Program-made: the position numbers and the translations under genes
Notes under the pieces: model-generated
The model's input: only the letters and a program-made list of their open reading frames with translations
What the model was told of the DNA's origin: nothing
Database searches by the model: none
Part shown: in pieces, positions 1-10,294 of the stretch
Position numbering within the stretch: the stretch's first letter is position 1
Layout of the letters: each line of letters starts with the position of its first letter
Source of the DNA: Chiloscyllium plagiosum
Lineage: Eukaryota
DNA length: 20,000 bases
Assembly: GCF_004010195.1 (NCBI RefSeq)
Contig: NC_057718.1
Span: 66,729,584 to 66,749,583, forward strand
Reading direction: 5' to 3'

Positions 1-14
1 AGGCATGGATCAAA

Positions 15-1953
15 TTAATCCAATTCAATGGCAGGAAAAGACTGCCATACTTCCTTTTCCTCCGAAGGGGAACCAAGGGCAGGCAATGATGTTTCCTCAT
101 CATGATTAGATTAGATTAGATTAGATTAGATTACTTACAGTGTGGAAACAGGCCCTTCGGCCCAACAAGTCCACACCGACCCGCCGAAGCGCAACCCACC
201 CATACCCTTACATTTACCCCCTTTAACCTAACACTATGGGCAATTTAGCATGGCCAATTCACCTAACCCGCACATCTTTGTGACTGTGGGAGGAAACCGG
301 AGCACCCGGAGGAAACCCACGCAGACACGGGGAGAATGTGCAAACTCCACACAGTCAGTCGCCTGAGTCGGGAATTGAACCCGGGTCTCTGGCGCTGTGA
401 GGCAGCAGTGCTAACCATGTAGATTTAAATATCTAAATATGTAGATTTAAGTAAAGAAAAAGCATGTTCAGGTTGGAACCAATATTGTCAATAGAAGTTA
501 ATATCTTAGCAATAATATGCTTAACTATAGCAATACCAACAAAAAGACCAATTAAAACAATAGTACCATACAAAGACATATTAATTAATCAGTTGTACCA
601 TGAGCAAAACCCCAATCTTCACATCCCGCACTTTCATTCATTTGGTTGACAAAAGTGTGAATATTATCTATATGTCTAGTAATGTTATCAAAAAAAGCAG
701 TGACCCTCATAATGCATTTTCCTTTAATTATAACGCAAAATCCACCTTTCTTCGCAAGTATGTAATCGGTTTTGTTGGGCAAATAGGCACAATTCAGAAA
801 GCATTTCTAATTTCTATTAAGGTATCAGTTGTCTCATTTCCCAAAATTATGAGTCCACCAATGAGATAATTATGGTTTTGATGACTAATAAATCTTAAGG
901 ACTCTCCTAATGAAAGAACACTAAGAGCTGCATATGTCAATGAGTGTGTTTTACTTCTTGATATGGTCTTTGAATTCTTCCATTCTGCACAGAAGTCAGG
1001 AGAATCTGTATGTTTAAAAGGGGAATTATGATTTCATTGCCAGGTAATTGGAGAGGGAACAGAAGTTGGAAATAATGTTCCTACAGCTACGAAATGAGGA
1101 CTACTTGCTGTATTCAGGACAAGGTAGTTAGCTGCCTTATTATAACTGAAAAAAATAATATCCTTTTAATCATAGTACAAAAAAAATTTAGGCACTCTAA
1201 CATAAGCGCACCCCCATTCCTTATTCTTGTAGTAATTTGGATAGGATATTACGGATTTATTGAAGGAAGTCCATAAACAAGTAGCAGGTGGAGATAGGTA
1301 ATAACTAAAAAAGATATTATGTCATGTAAATACTTTAGTACTATTCCATTACCCCATGTTAGGATTTGGAAGGATAAAACGGGTCAGGGAGTCTCTTACT
1401 GAAGTAAACGCATAACAAATTACTTCATCCTCTCCAAAAATTTTATTATGGGTTTCTAGAAACATCCCCCCTTTGTCTCTTTTACTATGTGATCTATCTG
1501 AAAGGGAATAAGGCTTATCAGGGATGCCCATAGTACAAATGTAATCAAATTGGCACATGACAGTTTTACATGGTAAATACTATTTTCTTGTTCTAAATGG
1601 TCTTTACCATGAACTGCGAATTTTTTATGCAGTTGACCACTGCAAAAGTCTTTCTTGGAAACATTCAGTCTTTTGGCACACAAGAACTGATCCACAGTCT
1701 CTGTTTGCTCAGGATCGCACAGGCAAACTGTCCCTTCTTATGCACCAATGCTGGCAATGGCAAGTCCACACAGCAGGTCAAGTTCGACCTTTATCATCTC
1801 CCCCTTTGCAAGGTTGGAGACCGTGAAGTGTCCATTGTAATAAAGTATAAACCATTTCCTCTTTGTATGTAAGTATATACAATATACATATATTCAATTA
1901 AAATAGGCAGTAGCAAAGAAGTAACACAAACTAATCTGGTAGAGGTCACCCAT
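15..1953 (-). pseudogene. env: Endogenous retrovirus envelope glycoprotein (SU+TM), disrupted by stops, frameshifts and a SINE
   Basis: Manual minus-strand translation across frameshifts gives a hydrophobic N-terminus (~1950-1890), Cys-rich SU, KGYYFF..NKAANYL..VAVGTLFP, then PDFCAEW..LTYAALSVLSLG, QNHNYLIGGLIILGNETTDTL, ELCLFAQQNR/DYILAKKGGFCVIIKGKC (ISD + CX6C, ~714-800), FDNITRHIDNI, WGF/CSWYN, TM helix YGTIVLIGLFVGIAIV (~525-575) and a cytoplasmic tail. Confidence 0.88.
105..416 (-). mobile_element. HE1-like tRNA-derived V-SINE, slightly 5'-truncated
   Basis: Minus strand reads TGGTTAGCACTGCTGCCTCACAGC, B box GGTTCAATTCC, V-domain TGTGTGGAGTTTGCACATTCTCCCCGTGTCTGCGTGGGTTTCCTCCGGGTGCTCCGGTTTCCTCCCAC, then a (TCTAA)n tail at 105-132. 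Homologous copies at ~4123 and ~18234. Confidence 0.92.
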
Positions 1954-3036
1954 ATTCTGGTTTGAGTATTGCGGGAGTAGTATATTTGATGTCATAATTT
2001 GTGCCTTTCAGCAGGCTAGAAGCCCTAAGAGCAATTTTGAAATAAATAATTCTCAAATTGATCAAACTCACATCGCCCGTGGGGTAAATATATTGCCTAT
2101 ACTGGCAAAAAGTTCGTTCATTTAAAATTATGCACTAGCATTCCCTTCCTTCCCATTATTTTCTTATTTTATATGGAAAAACCCAGGCATGGGCCAATTA
2201 AGCAAATCTATTTTTATAAATCCAGCTTTGCTGGGATGTAATGCTCTTTGAAGTTTTGCTACTAAAAAAAACTATATTATCTAAAATTTAGATTAGTTCT
2301 GCAATATATTGTTTTTTTTTAAAAAAAATTAACATTGTGCCCAATTAAATGGCCTAATCTACAGCTTTGGTTAGTAGTAACTAGAATTAAATGTAGAAAT
2401 CTGATGATGACTTTGAGAAAAGTCGGTAATAAATATTGGCTAGAGGGCAATGCTGTCCCCAAATTATGGTAACATGACACAAAGATTTCAAACCACACTG
2501 AAATTTTTCTAATATTGAGCTAACCCTAGAATATAGATATTGGTATAGTCTTAAAATTATAAACCATCACTGTTCAGTTATAAATATCTAAGTGAACATA
2601 ATAGCTTAGCCAGACACCCCTTCTTAGATCTAACAGCCCAATCCAAAAATAAATCAAATCAACCAGTGTGTATTCTTACAAACTCCATACACAAAGCAAA
2701 GATATTTAGGCTTAGCGTCCATGTATGAAATCAAATCACTTGATAATTCAGTCAGTAGTATATTGTAGTATAAAGTGCCTGTAAATATTTCAGAAATGGA
2801 AATTTGCAAATTACTTCCAAATTTCAAAACAATATTGAAAATAATCCAAACACTAAACCTGTATGATTACAGTCAGTGAGCAACAGAGAAATCAACCTCT
2901 ACATTGTGAATTTTCACTGAACAGACAGTATCATTCACCCGTGATTTTGCACCTTACCCAGGTCTGGCATACCCATCCTTGTATTGTGTCTAAATGGGTT
3001 TTGCGAGGGACCCAATGGGATCCGAAGTTTGGGGTG

Positions 3037-3312
3037 TAAGGCTACCTGCTTGGCAGCTGAATCTCCTTGCCCTTTACTCTAGAAACAGTATCAGTTTCAT
3101 CAGGATGAGCCAGATATCTTGATAAGTGTCAGATTGATTGGACAAAATAGCATTACTATAATGCTGCCCCCTTTGAAGTTAAAAATCTTCAATGTTCCCA
3201 CAAGGCTCCAAAATCATGGATCATATTAAAAGCACAATGAAGAGTCAGTGTATATTAGTAGATTTTCCTTTTGATGCGATGAAAGCCTGTCAATTCCCAA
3301 CGTCAGCTCCGA
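3037..3312 (-). pseudogene. pol: Retroviral Pol RNase H remnant, class I (gamma/epsilon-like) ERV
   Basis: Across frameshifts: AFIASKGKSTN/IYTDS (3241-3255)/HCAFNMIHDFGALWEH*RFLTSKG ... AHPDETDTVSR/..GDSAAKQVAL. This follows the class I pattern KGKxVNIYTDSRYAFGVVHDFGxLWKxRGFLTSxG...AH...GN..AD.AAK.AA. Confidence 0.85.
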
Positions 3313-3325
3313 GGTAACATTAAAG

Positions 3326-4560
3326 ACACATTACTCCATATTGGCCACATTTCAACAGTTAAAGCAAGGGCCAGGCATTTGCCCCTGGGTTTTGATGTCT
3401 TGTTGCCAGTCACAAAGGTTAAATGTTGGGGCCTGCCTGTCCCCATTTTCAGGATCCCCTCGAGAAAGCGTTGTCCAGCAGTGGTCGTCGGGTAGGTACA
3501 TGAGGTAGGTTCCGCCCCCAGTGGGTATCCTGGTTCCAATCAACCCTATCATGGCTGGCATATGGTATTCGGAATCGTGAGGATGCTGAATATAATTTGT
3601 TTAACCTGTAACTTGCATCATGGTTCCGTCTGGTTCTGGCCATCCCATAGGAAAACCACCACTCACCTCATTTGCGACTGGAAATTCCTGGACTGGTTTG
3701 TACTGTTGGTCTGGATCATGTCAGTGACTCCAGCCAGAAAGCATTGCAAAAGCATAGGGTCAAATACAGGTAATTGAGTGTCTTGATTATTGTTCATTTG
3801 TTTGTCACTTCCATCAGACAGATAGACTCATCTTTCAGACTTGTAACACAAGCCATTCGTATTCAGGCTACTCCTAGAATTTTACTGCATTTGCATCCGT
3901 ATCACACTTGGACATACTGAGCAAATTTGGCCGTTTGGTCTTGTAGTCAGGAGCATGCTTCATTAACATTACTCTAGTCCCTAGGATGGGACCCAGTTTA
4001 GGATGGTGCAAGTCACTCATCCCCATGATATCGACTACGAAGACTGAATGCTTCATTTTCAAAAGAAGGAAAAGTTTCAACAAGTGGATGCTTTAAATTA
4101 ATGCTGGAGACAATCAGGAGATGATTCAATTCCCTACAGTGTGGAAACAGGCCCATGTCCACACCAATCCTACAAAGAATAAACCATCTAGACCCATAAT
4201 GCACCTAACACAATGGGCAATTTAGCATGGCCAATTCACCTGACATGCACATCTTTGGACTGTGGGAAGAAACCGGAGCACCTGGAGGAAACCCATACAG
4301 ACACAGGGAGAATATGCAAATTCCACACAGACAAGTCGGACCCTGGTATCGCAAGGCAGCAGTGCCAACCACATAGCCACAGGGCTCAGCATGTATACAG
4401 GAACAAAATCCCAATTCTCAAAAAGGGTCAGTGTGCCAGACATAGGCTCAGGATTCCGAGTAGAATCTAAGTTTTTTTTTATTTTACAGTATTGTTGCTT
4501 TAACTTTGTTTATATATTCCTCAATCTTAGTGGCCTTACATTGTTTTCTCATGTCATTTC
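3326..4560 (-). pseudogene. gag: ERV Gag C-terminal remnant (capsid-like region and nucleocapsid zinc knuckle), interrupted by a SINE
   Basis: A 1-nt frameshift repair at 3326-3366 gives CFNCxKCGQYGVMC, the CX2CX4(H>Q)X4C spacing. It is preceded by a ~130-codon Pro/Gly/Gln-rich frame with two stops. Capsid-like traces are weak: PRD*SNVNEA..., MACVTSLKDE, LDSTRNPEP. Confidence 0.6.
4123..4389 (-). mobile_element. HE1-like V-SINE, older and internally deleted
   Basis: Same CCTACAGTGTGGAAACAGGCCC tail, GGGCAATTTAGCATGGCCAATTCACCT block and V-domain as the copy at 105-416. Confidence 0.88.
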
Positions 4561-4587
4561 TAATTTTTTTATACACATATATATAAA

Positions 4588-4610
4588 TGAATGGGAATGG
4601 TTTTATATAG

Positions 4611-4641
<31 letters not shown>

Positions 4642-4653
4642 CATTCCCATTCA
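4588..4653. repeat. 66-bp near-perfect palindrome with (TA)n core
   Basis: TGAATGGGAATGGTTTT-(TA)n-AAAACCATTCCCATTCA; the arms are exact reverse complements. Confidence 0.9.
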
Positions 4654-4729
4654 CCTCCCCAACTTTTGGGAGTTTCATCTGCCATATATATCTATCCCTA
4701 TTCCCCCAATCATCTGCAAAATTTCTTCA

Positions 4730-5995
4730 ACTGGCCAGTAATGTAGCTTTCCATTCTTTAATTAACAATGAATTAATGCAGTCATGTTTTAAATTAGCCA
4801 TTAATCAATATGACAGGTCACTGAGAATGTGTGATGGAGTCCTGCCAATTAATATTGATTCAGGCTAATACAATTGATTTATTATAAATATTAATAATAT
4901 AAATAATAATATATAATTAATAATGAATCTTTATAATAATAAATAAAATAACCATTATCTTTAATTCAAGGTGGAAACCCAACAAGTGACTAAAACATTT
5001 TTAAAACTGTACTCTGCTGCTTTTCCCTCTTATTGCATCATTCTCTTCCCTTCTGTAGTTGATCTCCTTGCCTCTATTTTCATTTTAGCCTCATTTAACC
5101 AATTTATTAATTTATGCTTGTATAACTTTAAAGCCTGTTCCTAACTATACATTTTGGAATCTTACTTGTCATAATCTGAAAGCTAATTTTAGGCTTTGAA
5201 TTTTCAGCGAATCAAAAATTGCAAGAGGAGAATAACTAAATAGGTGATTTGTCTCATTCACTTGTCCTAGTCATTGTATCACATAGCTGTGACATTATGG
5301 AGCTTGCCAACTCCATGAAATGGGGCAGTGATGCTACAAAAGAAATAATGATTGATATACCACCCTATTCCTCGATATGTTTGGCTGACCCTAATTTCCA
5401 AAGGTTGGAATACTGGGTGACAGCAGTGCCTGCTTAAGTCAGGCAGTAGTCCTTTTTCATTATTAAGGACACCTAATGATATGGATAGAATTCAGCTTGA
5501 ATTTTGGAGAGAGCACTGAGTGGAGTGGTACCAAGCATACTTTATGCATTACTGAATGTGGATACATCTGAAGAAGGTTATGGAATATAAATAAGTTTTC
5601 AATTATTTTTGTGGACATTGGAGGATCAACAGAGCTTAGTTCTCATTGTCTTGTTTTGAGAGCGGATCTCCTCTTTGGTAATATATCAATGGTCATTTTT
5701 TAAATAATATATCTGAGTAACATCCAACATTTTATTTTCTTATATAATTTATAAATATATATTTATATATTATATATAAATTGGAAATTCATTTATTCAG
5801 TGTTTAATATTTAAAATGTAAAATGCATCCAGTTCCCAACTTTGAAATCCACTATAATTACACGGTTTTAGTCCCTTAATTTAAATCCAAAATTAGTTTT
5901 CTTAAGTAGTCCTGTCCAGTCATTGCTCAATTACAATGCTATAGGTCGTGAAATAACTGGAGCTGCCTTAAAAGGATTTGTCTATTCAAGTTAAA
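4730..5995 (-). pseudogene. Very degraded LTR-element reverse transcriptase/RNase H-like traces
   Basis: Short motifs in the expected order on the minus strand: NLNR..APVI (~5990-5950), KFKLNS, SLGVLNNEKGLLPDLSR (~5485-5435), SFVASLPHFMELASSI (~5345-5295), IKEWKATLL (~4765-4735). No YxDD recovered. Confidence 0.35.
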
Positions 5996-6545
5996 AAAAA
6001 CTACTAATGCATGAATAATGGATGAATCCAAGGACACAGATACTAACCATAAGATTTTTTTTGATGATTTATTACAATCTAATGTTGAACTGAAACTTCA
6101 ACTGTCAGTGAGGGAGGGGACTTTCTAAACAAAGCTACGGCTGGCACATCATAATCACCAATGAAACACATCAGTCTTAAAATTAAGTGGAAACAAATAA
6201 GTCTGAAACACAATATAAAGGTTATAATGTTGTTTTCCTCCGTATTCAATTTCAAATCAGCTTAATAAGGTTGGCTTTTATGTAAGGATAAAAGAGATTA
6301 GTTAGAAACTAATAGTAAGGCAGTCATGACCTGTAAAAAGAACAGGAGTTAATATTTTATTTCATAATCACTGTAAAATCCTTAATCTTAAAATTAATCA
6401 TGTTAAATTTCCATAATAGAAATCAGATTCAAAACCGTCCCGGATCTCAAGCTCCAGGGAACAAAGTACAAACATTCAATCACCAACAAACAAATGTGCA
6501 TTCAAACCGAATCACAAAAGGTTAAACTTTCTATTAGCTGTACAA

Positions 6546-6582
6546 CTTTTTTTTTCTCTCTCTCTCACACACACACACACAC
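6546..6582. repeat. Compound T/(CT)n/(CA)n microsatellite
   Basis: Direct inspection. Confidence 0.9.
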
Positions 6583-6949
6583 CGTATCTCAGTTTTTAGC
6601 TTGGGAGTTTAGTCTGATAGATCCTGGCTGTGGCATCATTGCTTAACCAAGTGTGGAAGAATTGTTACCGCTGGCCAGCCTTATCTTTTAACACATCAGG
6701 AAAGAATAATGGCCACCCTCCATATTCCATAAACAAAGAACAATCACCAAAACGAATAAAAAGCAATAAAGCAAGACAAGCCAAGCTAAACAGATGCAAC
6801 AGGTACAACAACATCAATACAGCAGATACATCAGCGAAATTATTATCTTGTCAATGTTGTTGCTGGACTATAGCAGTAAAGTTATTGAGAATTAAGTGAA
6901 ACAGCTGTACATTTCAAAGACCAATCAGTCTGTAAGGAAGAGTCTGAAA

Positions 6950-7463
6950 TGGGAGCTGCAAAAAAAATTATATAATTTTTTTTAAAAAGCGCCATTCGTC
7001 TAAATCCGAATTATCATTGTCTTCCTCATTAAAACTAAGGCCAACCATCGAATTGCGCAGTTCTGTTTGTTTACCAGTCACTTGTGACTTCTCCTTTAGT
7101 TTCTGTAATTGTTTTGCTCGAGCACTTCACTTTTAAGAACTTCAACAGACTTCATAGCACCATTTGCAGTTAATTCAATCCCCAATTTGGTGGCAGTATC
7201 CTGCCACGAGCGCAAAACTGAATCTTTGTGCCTCTCATCACAAAACTGTCGCCATAATCCAATTAACTCTTTCGTTCTCGCTCCCATGTTATGTTGCCAA
7301 ATCAATGGCTGAGATTGAGGGATGCCTAATGATATTCTTCATCAGCCAATGTTTTGTTTAGGCCTCCATACAGTTTTCTAAAGGCCTCAAACCTTTCGGG
7401 AAATTTTTCACATAATTTCACTAACGATGATGAATCATCTGTTCTATCTATGTAATTACCCAT
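6950..7463 (-). pseudogene. gag: ERV Gag N-terminal (matrix-like) region
   Basis: AAAATGG Kozak start at 7463 gives MGNYIDRTDDSSSLVKLCEKFPERFEAFRKLYGGLNKTL (Gly2 myristoylation-type start). After a frameshift it reads LIWQHNMGARTKELIGLWRQFCDERHKDSVLRSWQDTATKLGI, then acidic FNEEDNDNSDLDEW. Same strand as, and upstream of, the RNase H and env. Confidence 0.62.
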
Positions 7464-7653
7464 TTTAAAATTACTTCAGTTTTATGGCAACTAATTTAAA
7501 AAAAATTACCCACTGATCAGACTTCCACAAATGCTAATTAATTTCACAAACCTTTTTATTAAACAATAACTTTAATTATAAAATATTGTGATATTTCTTT
7601 TCTTTTTTTAAATTTTTTTTTATTATATTAATAATAACCTATAAATAAGTATC

Positions 7654-7946
7654 AGGAACCTCTTGCTCCCTGTAACTTCAAATACCAGGGGCCTCTTGTG
7701 CCTGTAACCTCAAATACCAGGGGTCTCTTGCCCCCTGTAACTTCAAATGCCAGGGGCCTCTTGCCCCCGTAACTTCAAATGCCAGGAGCCTCTTGCCCCC
7801 CGTAACCTCAAATACTAGGGGCCTCTTGCCCCCTGTAACCTCAAATAACAGGGCCTCGTGCCCCTGTTACATCAAATACCAGGGGCTTCTTGTTCCCTGT
7901 AACTTCAAATGCCAGGGATCTCTTGCCCCTATAATTTCAAATGCCA
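7654..7946. repeat. Minisatellite, 9 copies of a ~32-33 bp unit
   Basis: Consensus AGGGGCCTCTTGCCCCCTGTAACYTCAAATRCC; units start at about 7654, 7687, 7719, 7752, 7784, 7817, 7850, 7881 and 7914. Confidence 0.95.
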
Positions 7947-9499
7947 TTACCTCACACACCCATAGTAGGACTCATACACACAATACCAGCCCATAGAACT
8001 TCTGTGTTTATACGCGGAGAGCATTAAATACTATTAGTGGTGGGCAGAGTTCATAGGTTGACATTGAGGATATGAGGAACCAATGAAAAAAGTGTTGGCA
8101 TGAATTGAATAGGTAAGAGCTTTTGAAGCAATCATTTAAAATGTTTCCACAGCTAGACCTTATTTCACAACCCTTTATGAACTACCAGCCCGAGAAAAGC
8201 TAGCCTGACTCTAGTATAATAGCTGGGACTAGAAGCTATCTACTCCTGCATAGGAGCCAGTCAAGCCAGAGGATGCATGCCAATGAAAATTGGATGTGTT
8301 GGGAGTAGGGCAAGAATCCTGAAATGGGGCCCCATTCACCATTCAAAAACAAAATCCAGCCCATCATTTTCTTTTAAGTCTAACAATTGTTGAATGTTTT
8401 TGTTTACGAATTACTAACAGAAAAAGCCATTCATAAACCCAAAATTTGAATCGCAAGTATGACTGAATGTGTCAGCAGAGATGGTAGGTCTCACATGCAG
8501 CTTCATAAAAAAAATTCCAAACATTACTCAACAACTGAAAGAAAAACACAAATAAATATTAGAGAGTTTCAAAGTATTATATTTGTGCTGTAAGACTTTA
8601 ATGGGGCTAATCTAAAAAAAATGGACAGGTTTGGGTTGGGTGGGGATTAAACTCTTAAAGAGCTTCATGATATAAACCTATCTCTAACCCAACACTTCAG
8701 GCTTTAACTGAGATGGTATGGTGGATAGAAGTCTAAATTGATTCAAGGAGGCTGGTCAGTTCTTAAACACTGAGACTATGAGCCTCATGTATCAATAGGC
8801 TTTTGAATTTTATTCCTGTTGATTGTCCTAATGCACAAGCTCCAACTTGCTGCTCCACTCTGTGTTCAAACTCCCACTCGTTCGATTTGCATCTGTCTCC
8901 TCACTTGGAGAGTGTTCCACTTCCCATCTTCAACATATTTCATCCTGCAGACTCCATTGTCTGATTTTCCACACAAATGGAATCTCAACCTGATTTCTGG
9001 GAATGGAACCAATTAGTATTGAGTTAAAATTTCACAAACTTTGGGAAATATTGACCTCTGTGTTCCTGCAGATTTCGGATTCACCTGTTCCATGTGTAAA
9101 ATGGCTATTACCCAAAACCTTTATTTACATCTTATGACTTATTCAGCAAACCACTGTGAACAATAGTATTTACTTAAAAACCCTTTTTCCATAAGAAAAT
9201 GAAAAATGTTGGAAGTTACTTAACATACATGGTCTGTGAATAAAATGATCATGTGTAACCAAAATAATTGTTCTTTCTGGTCTGTCCAATTTTGTCCCAT
9301 TTAGACACACATTGCACAAATAATCTTTAAAGTATTTAGGTCTTTGTATGAGATTGTTGTCTGTTGTCTGTTAATATTGTGCCTGTTAGTTCCTGGGGTG
9401 ATGCTGCTTCTCTGCAGAATATTTTTGCCATATCATTAGTGCTGCAAATTTTGCAGCATTTATTGGAGAGCAGTTCACTTCTGAGACTGATGATAATTC

Positions 9500-10100
9500 A
9501 GTCCCTTACTTCCTTGGCAAACTCCCATCTGCTTCATCAGCTGTCTGCTGTGAAGAACAGCCTCTCCAGTTGCATGTAGATATATACAGCTGTGATGATA
9601 GCTCTGGCTGTCATCTTTCATCTGTTTGTTTGAGGTGACAACTTCTGTACACAGGGCCAAAGTTCAAAATAGGCTAACTATGTTGAATGTTTACATCTGA
9701 CTAGCAGTCCAACTTTTAACTCTGGCAAATATTTGGCAGCTTATCAAAGTGAAGTTGGGCTTCCTGTCATTTCACTTTGGTTTTGTCATTTAGTTTTGTT
9801 AATACTTCTGGTCTCAGTAACTTCTTAGAGTTGGAAATGTAGTCTGGATGTGGCATATCATTTGTCACTACACTGGACTGTTTTCCCAAGCTTTGGATTA
9901 TATATTTTTCCACTCTGCCACTTGCCTTGTAGCATTTGTGTTGGATCTAACTGACTTTTTTTTTGGTTATCCCTTTAGCATTTTCATTGCTACCCCCACC
10001 TTTCTATTTGACTGGGGATTGTGTGGAGATTTGTGTGCAGTGCCACATTTCTCAATTGTGATCTCAAGCACTTCCTGTATTTATTACAAACAATTCTAAC
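9500..10100 (-). pseudogene. Ty3/Gypsy LTR retrotransposon integrase core end and C-terminal remnant
   Basis: HKSPHNPQSNRKVGVAMKNAKG matches SSPxYPQSNGKAExAVKIAK. Downstream: EWKN..NSPV..IQTTFPT, LLRPEV..KVK*QEAQLHFDK/AKYLPELKVGLLVR, and YHHSCIYLHATGE (degenerate YRRNRRHL). Confidence 0.8.
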
Positions 10101-10217
10101 ATTGCTGCTAAAGTCTATCTCTCTCTGTGTGATGACGCACCTTAAGCTTTTGAAAAAAAGTTTACTATACATGGTTTTCCAGCAAAGGTATATTCCTTTC
10201 TAATTCCATCTTATTTC

Positions 10218-10294
10218 AAGGTTTGTGAAGATTTGTAGCTCAGGTTGAGGTTTAGGGTATAGGTTTGCTCGCTGAGCTGTAGGTTTGATATCCA
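10218..10294. mobile_element. Short terminal fragment of a probable Penelope-like element
   Basis: AAGGTTTGTGAAGATTTGTAGCTCAGGTTGAGG...GCTCGCTGAGCTG resembles, from recall, the end of common shark Penelope-type repeats; no coding motif. Confidence 0.4.

Noticed and set aside
50..63. Polypurine tract (GGAGGAAAAGGAAG, minus strand) before a 3' LTR
   Set aside because: It falls within the reconstructed env tail frame, is not followed by TG, and no matching 5' LTR was found.
3352..3490. PCFNC as a cytidine-deaminase PCxxC motif
   Set aside because: No HxE at the right spacing; a Gag CCHC knuckle explains it better given the adjacent RNase H.
3874..4083. ORF read as an integrase GPY/F C-terminus
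   Set aside because: It lies upstream of the zinc knuckle and RNase H, and another frame fits capsid better.
4205..4741. Several 60-160 aa ORFs
   Set aside because: Chance frames through SINE and (TA)n sequence.
6585..6900. Possible + strand Gypsy integrase C-terminal remnant / 89-aa ORF
   Set aside because: Similarity too faint to support.
7654..7946. CRISPR-like array
   Set aside because: Units are head-to-tail with no unique spacers, in a eukaryotic context.
7470..8500. Primer-binding site or 5' LTR of the ERV
   Set aside because: No convincing tRNA 3'-end match or LTR pair could be identified by eye.
9400..9520. Gypsy gag-like RD*IIISLRSELL motif
   Set aside because: It lies downstream of the integrase on the same strand; likely chance.
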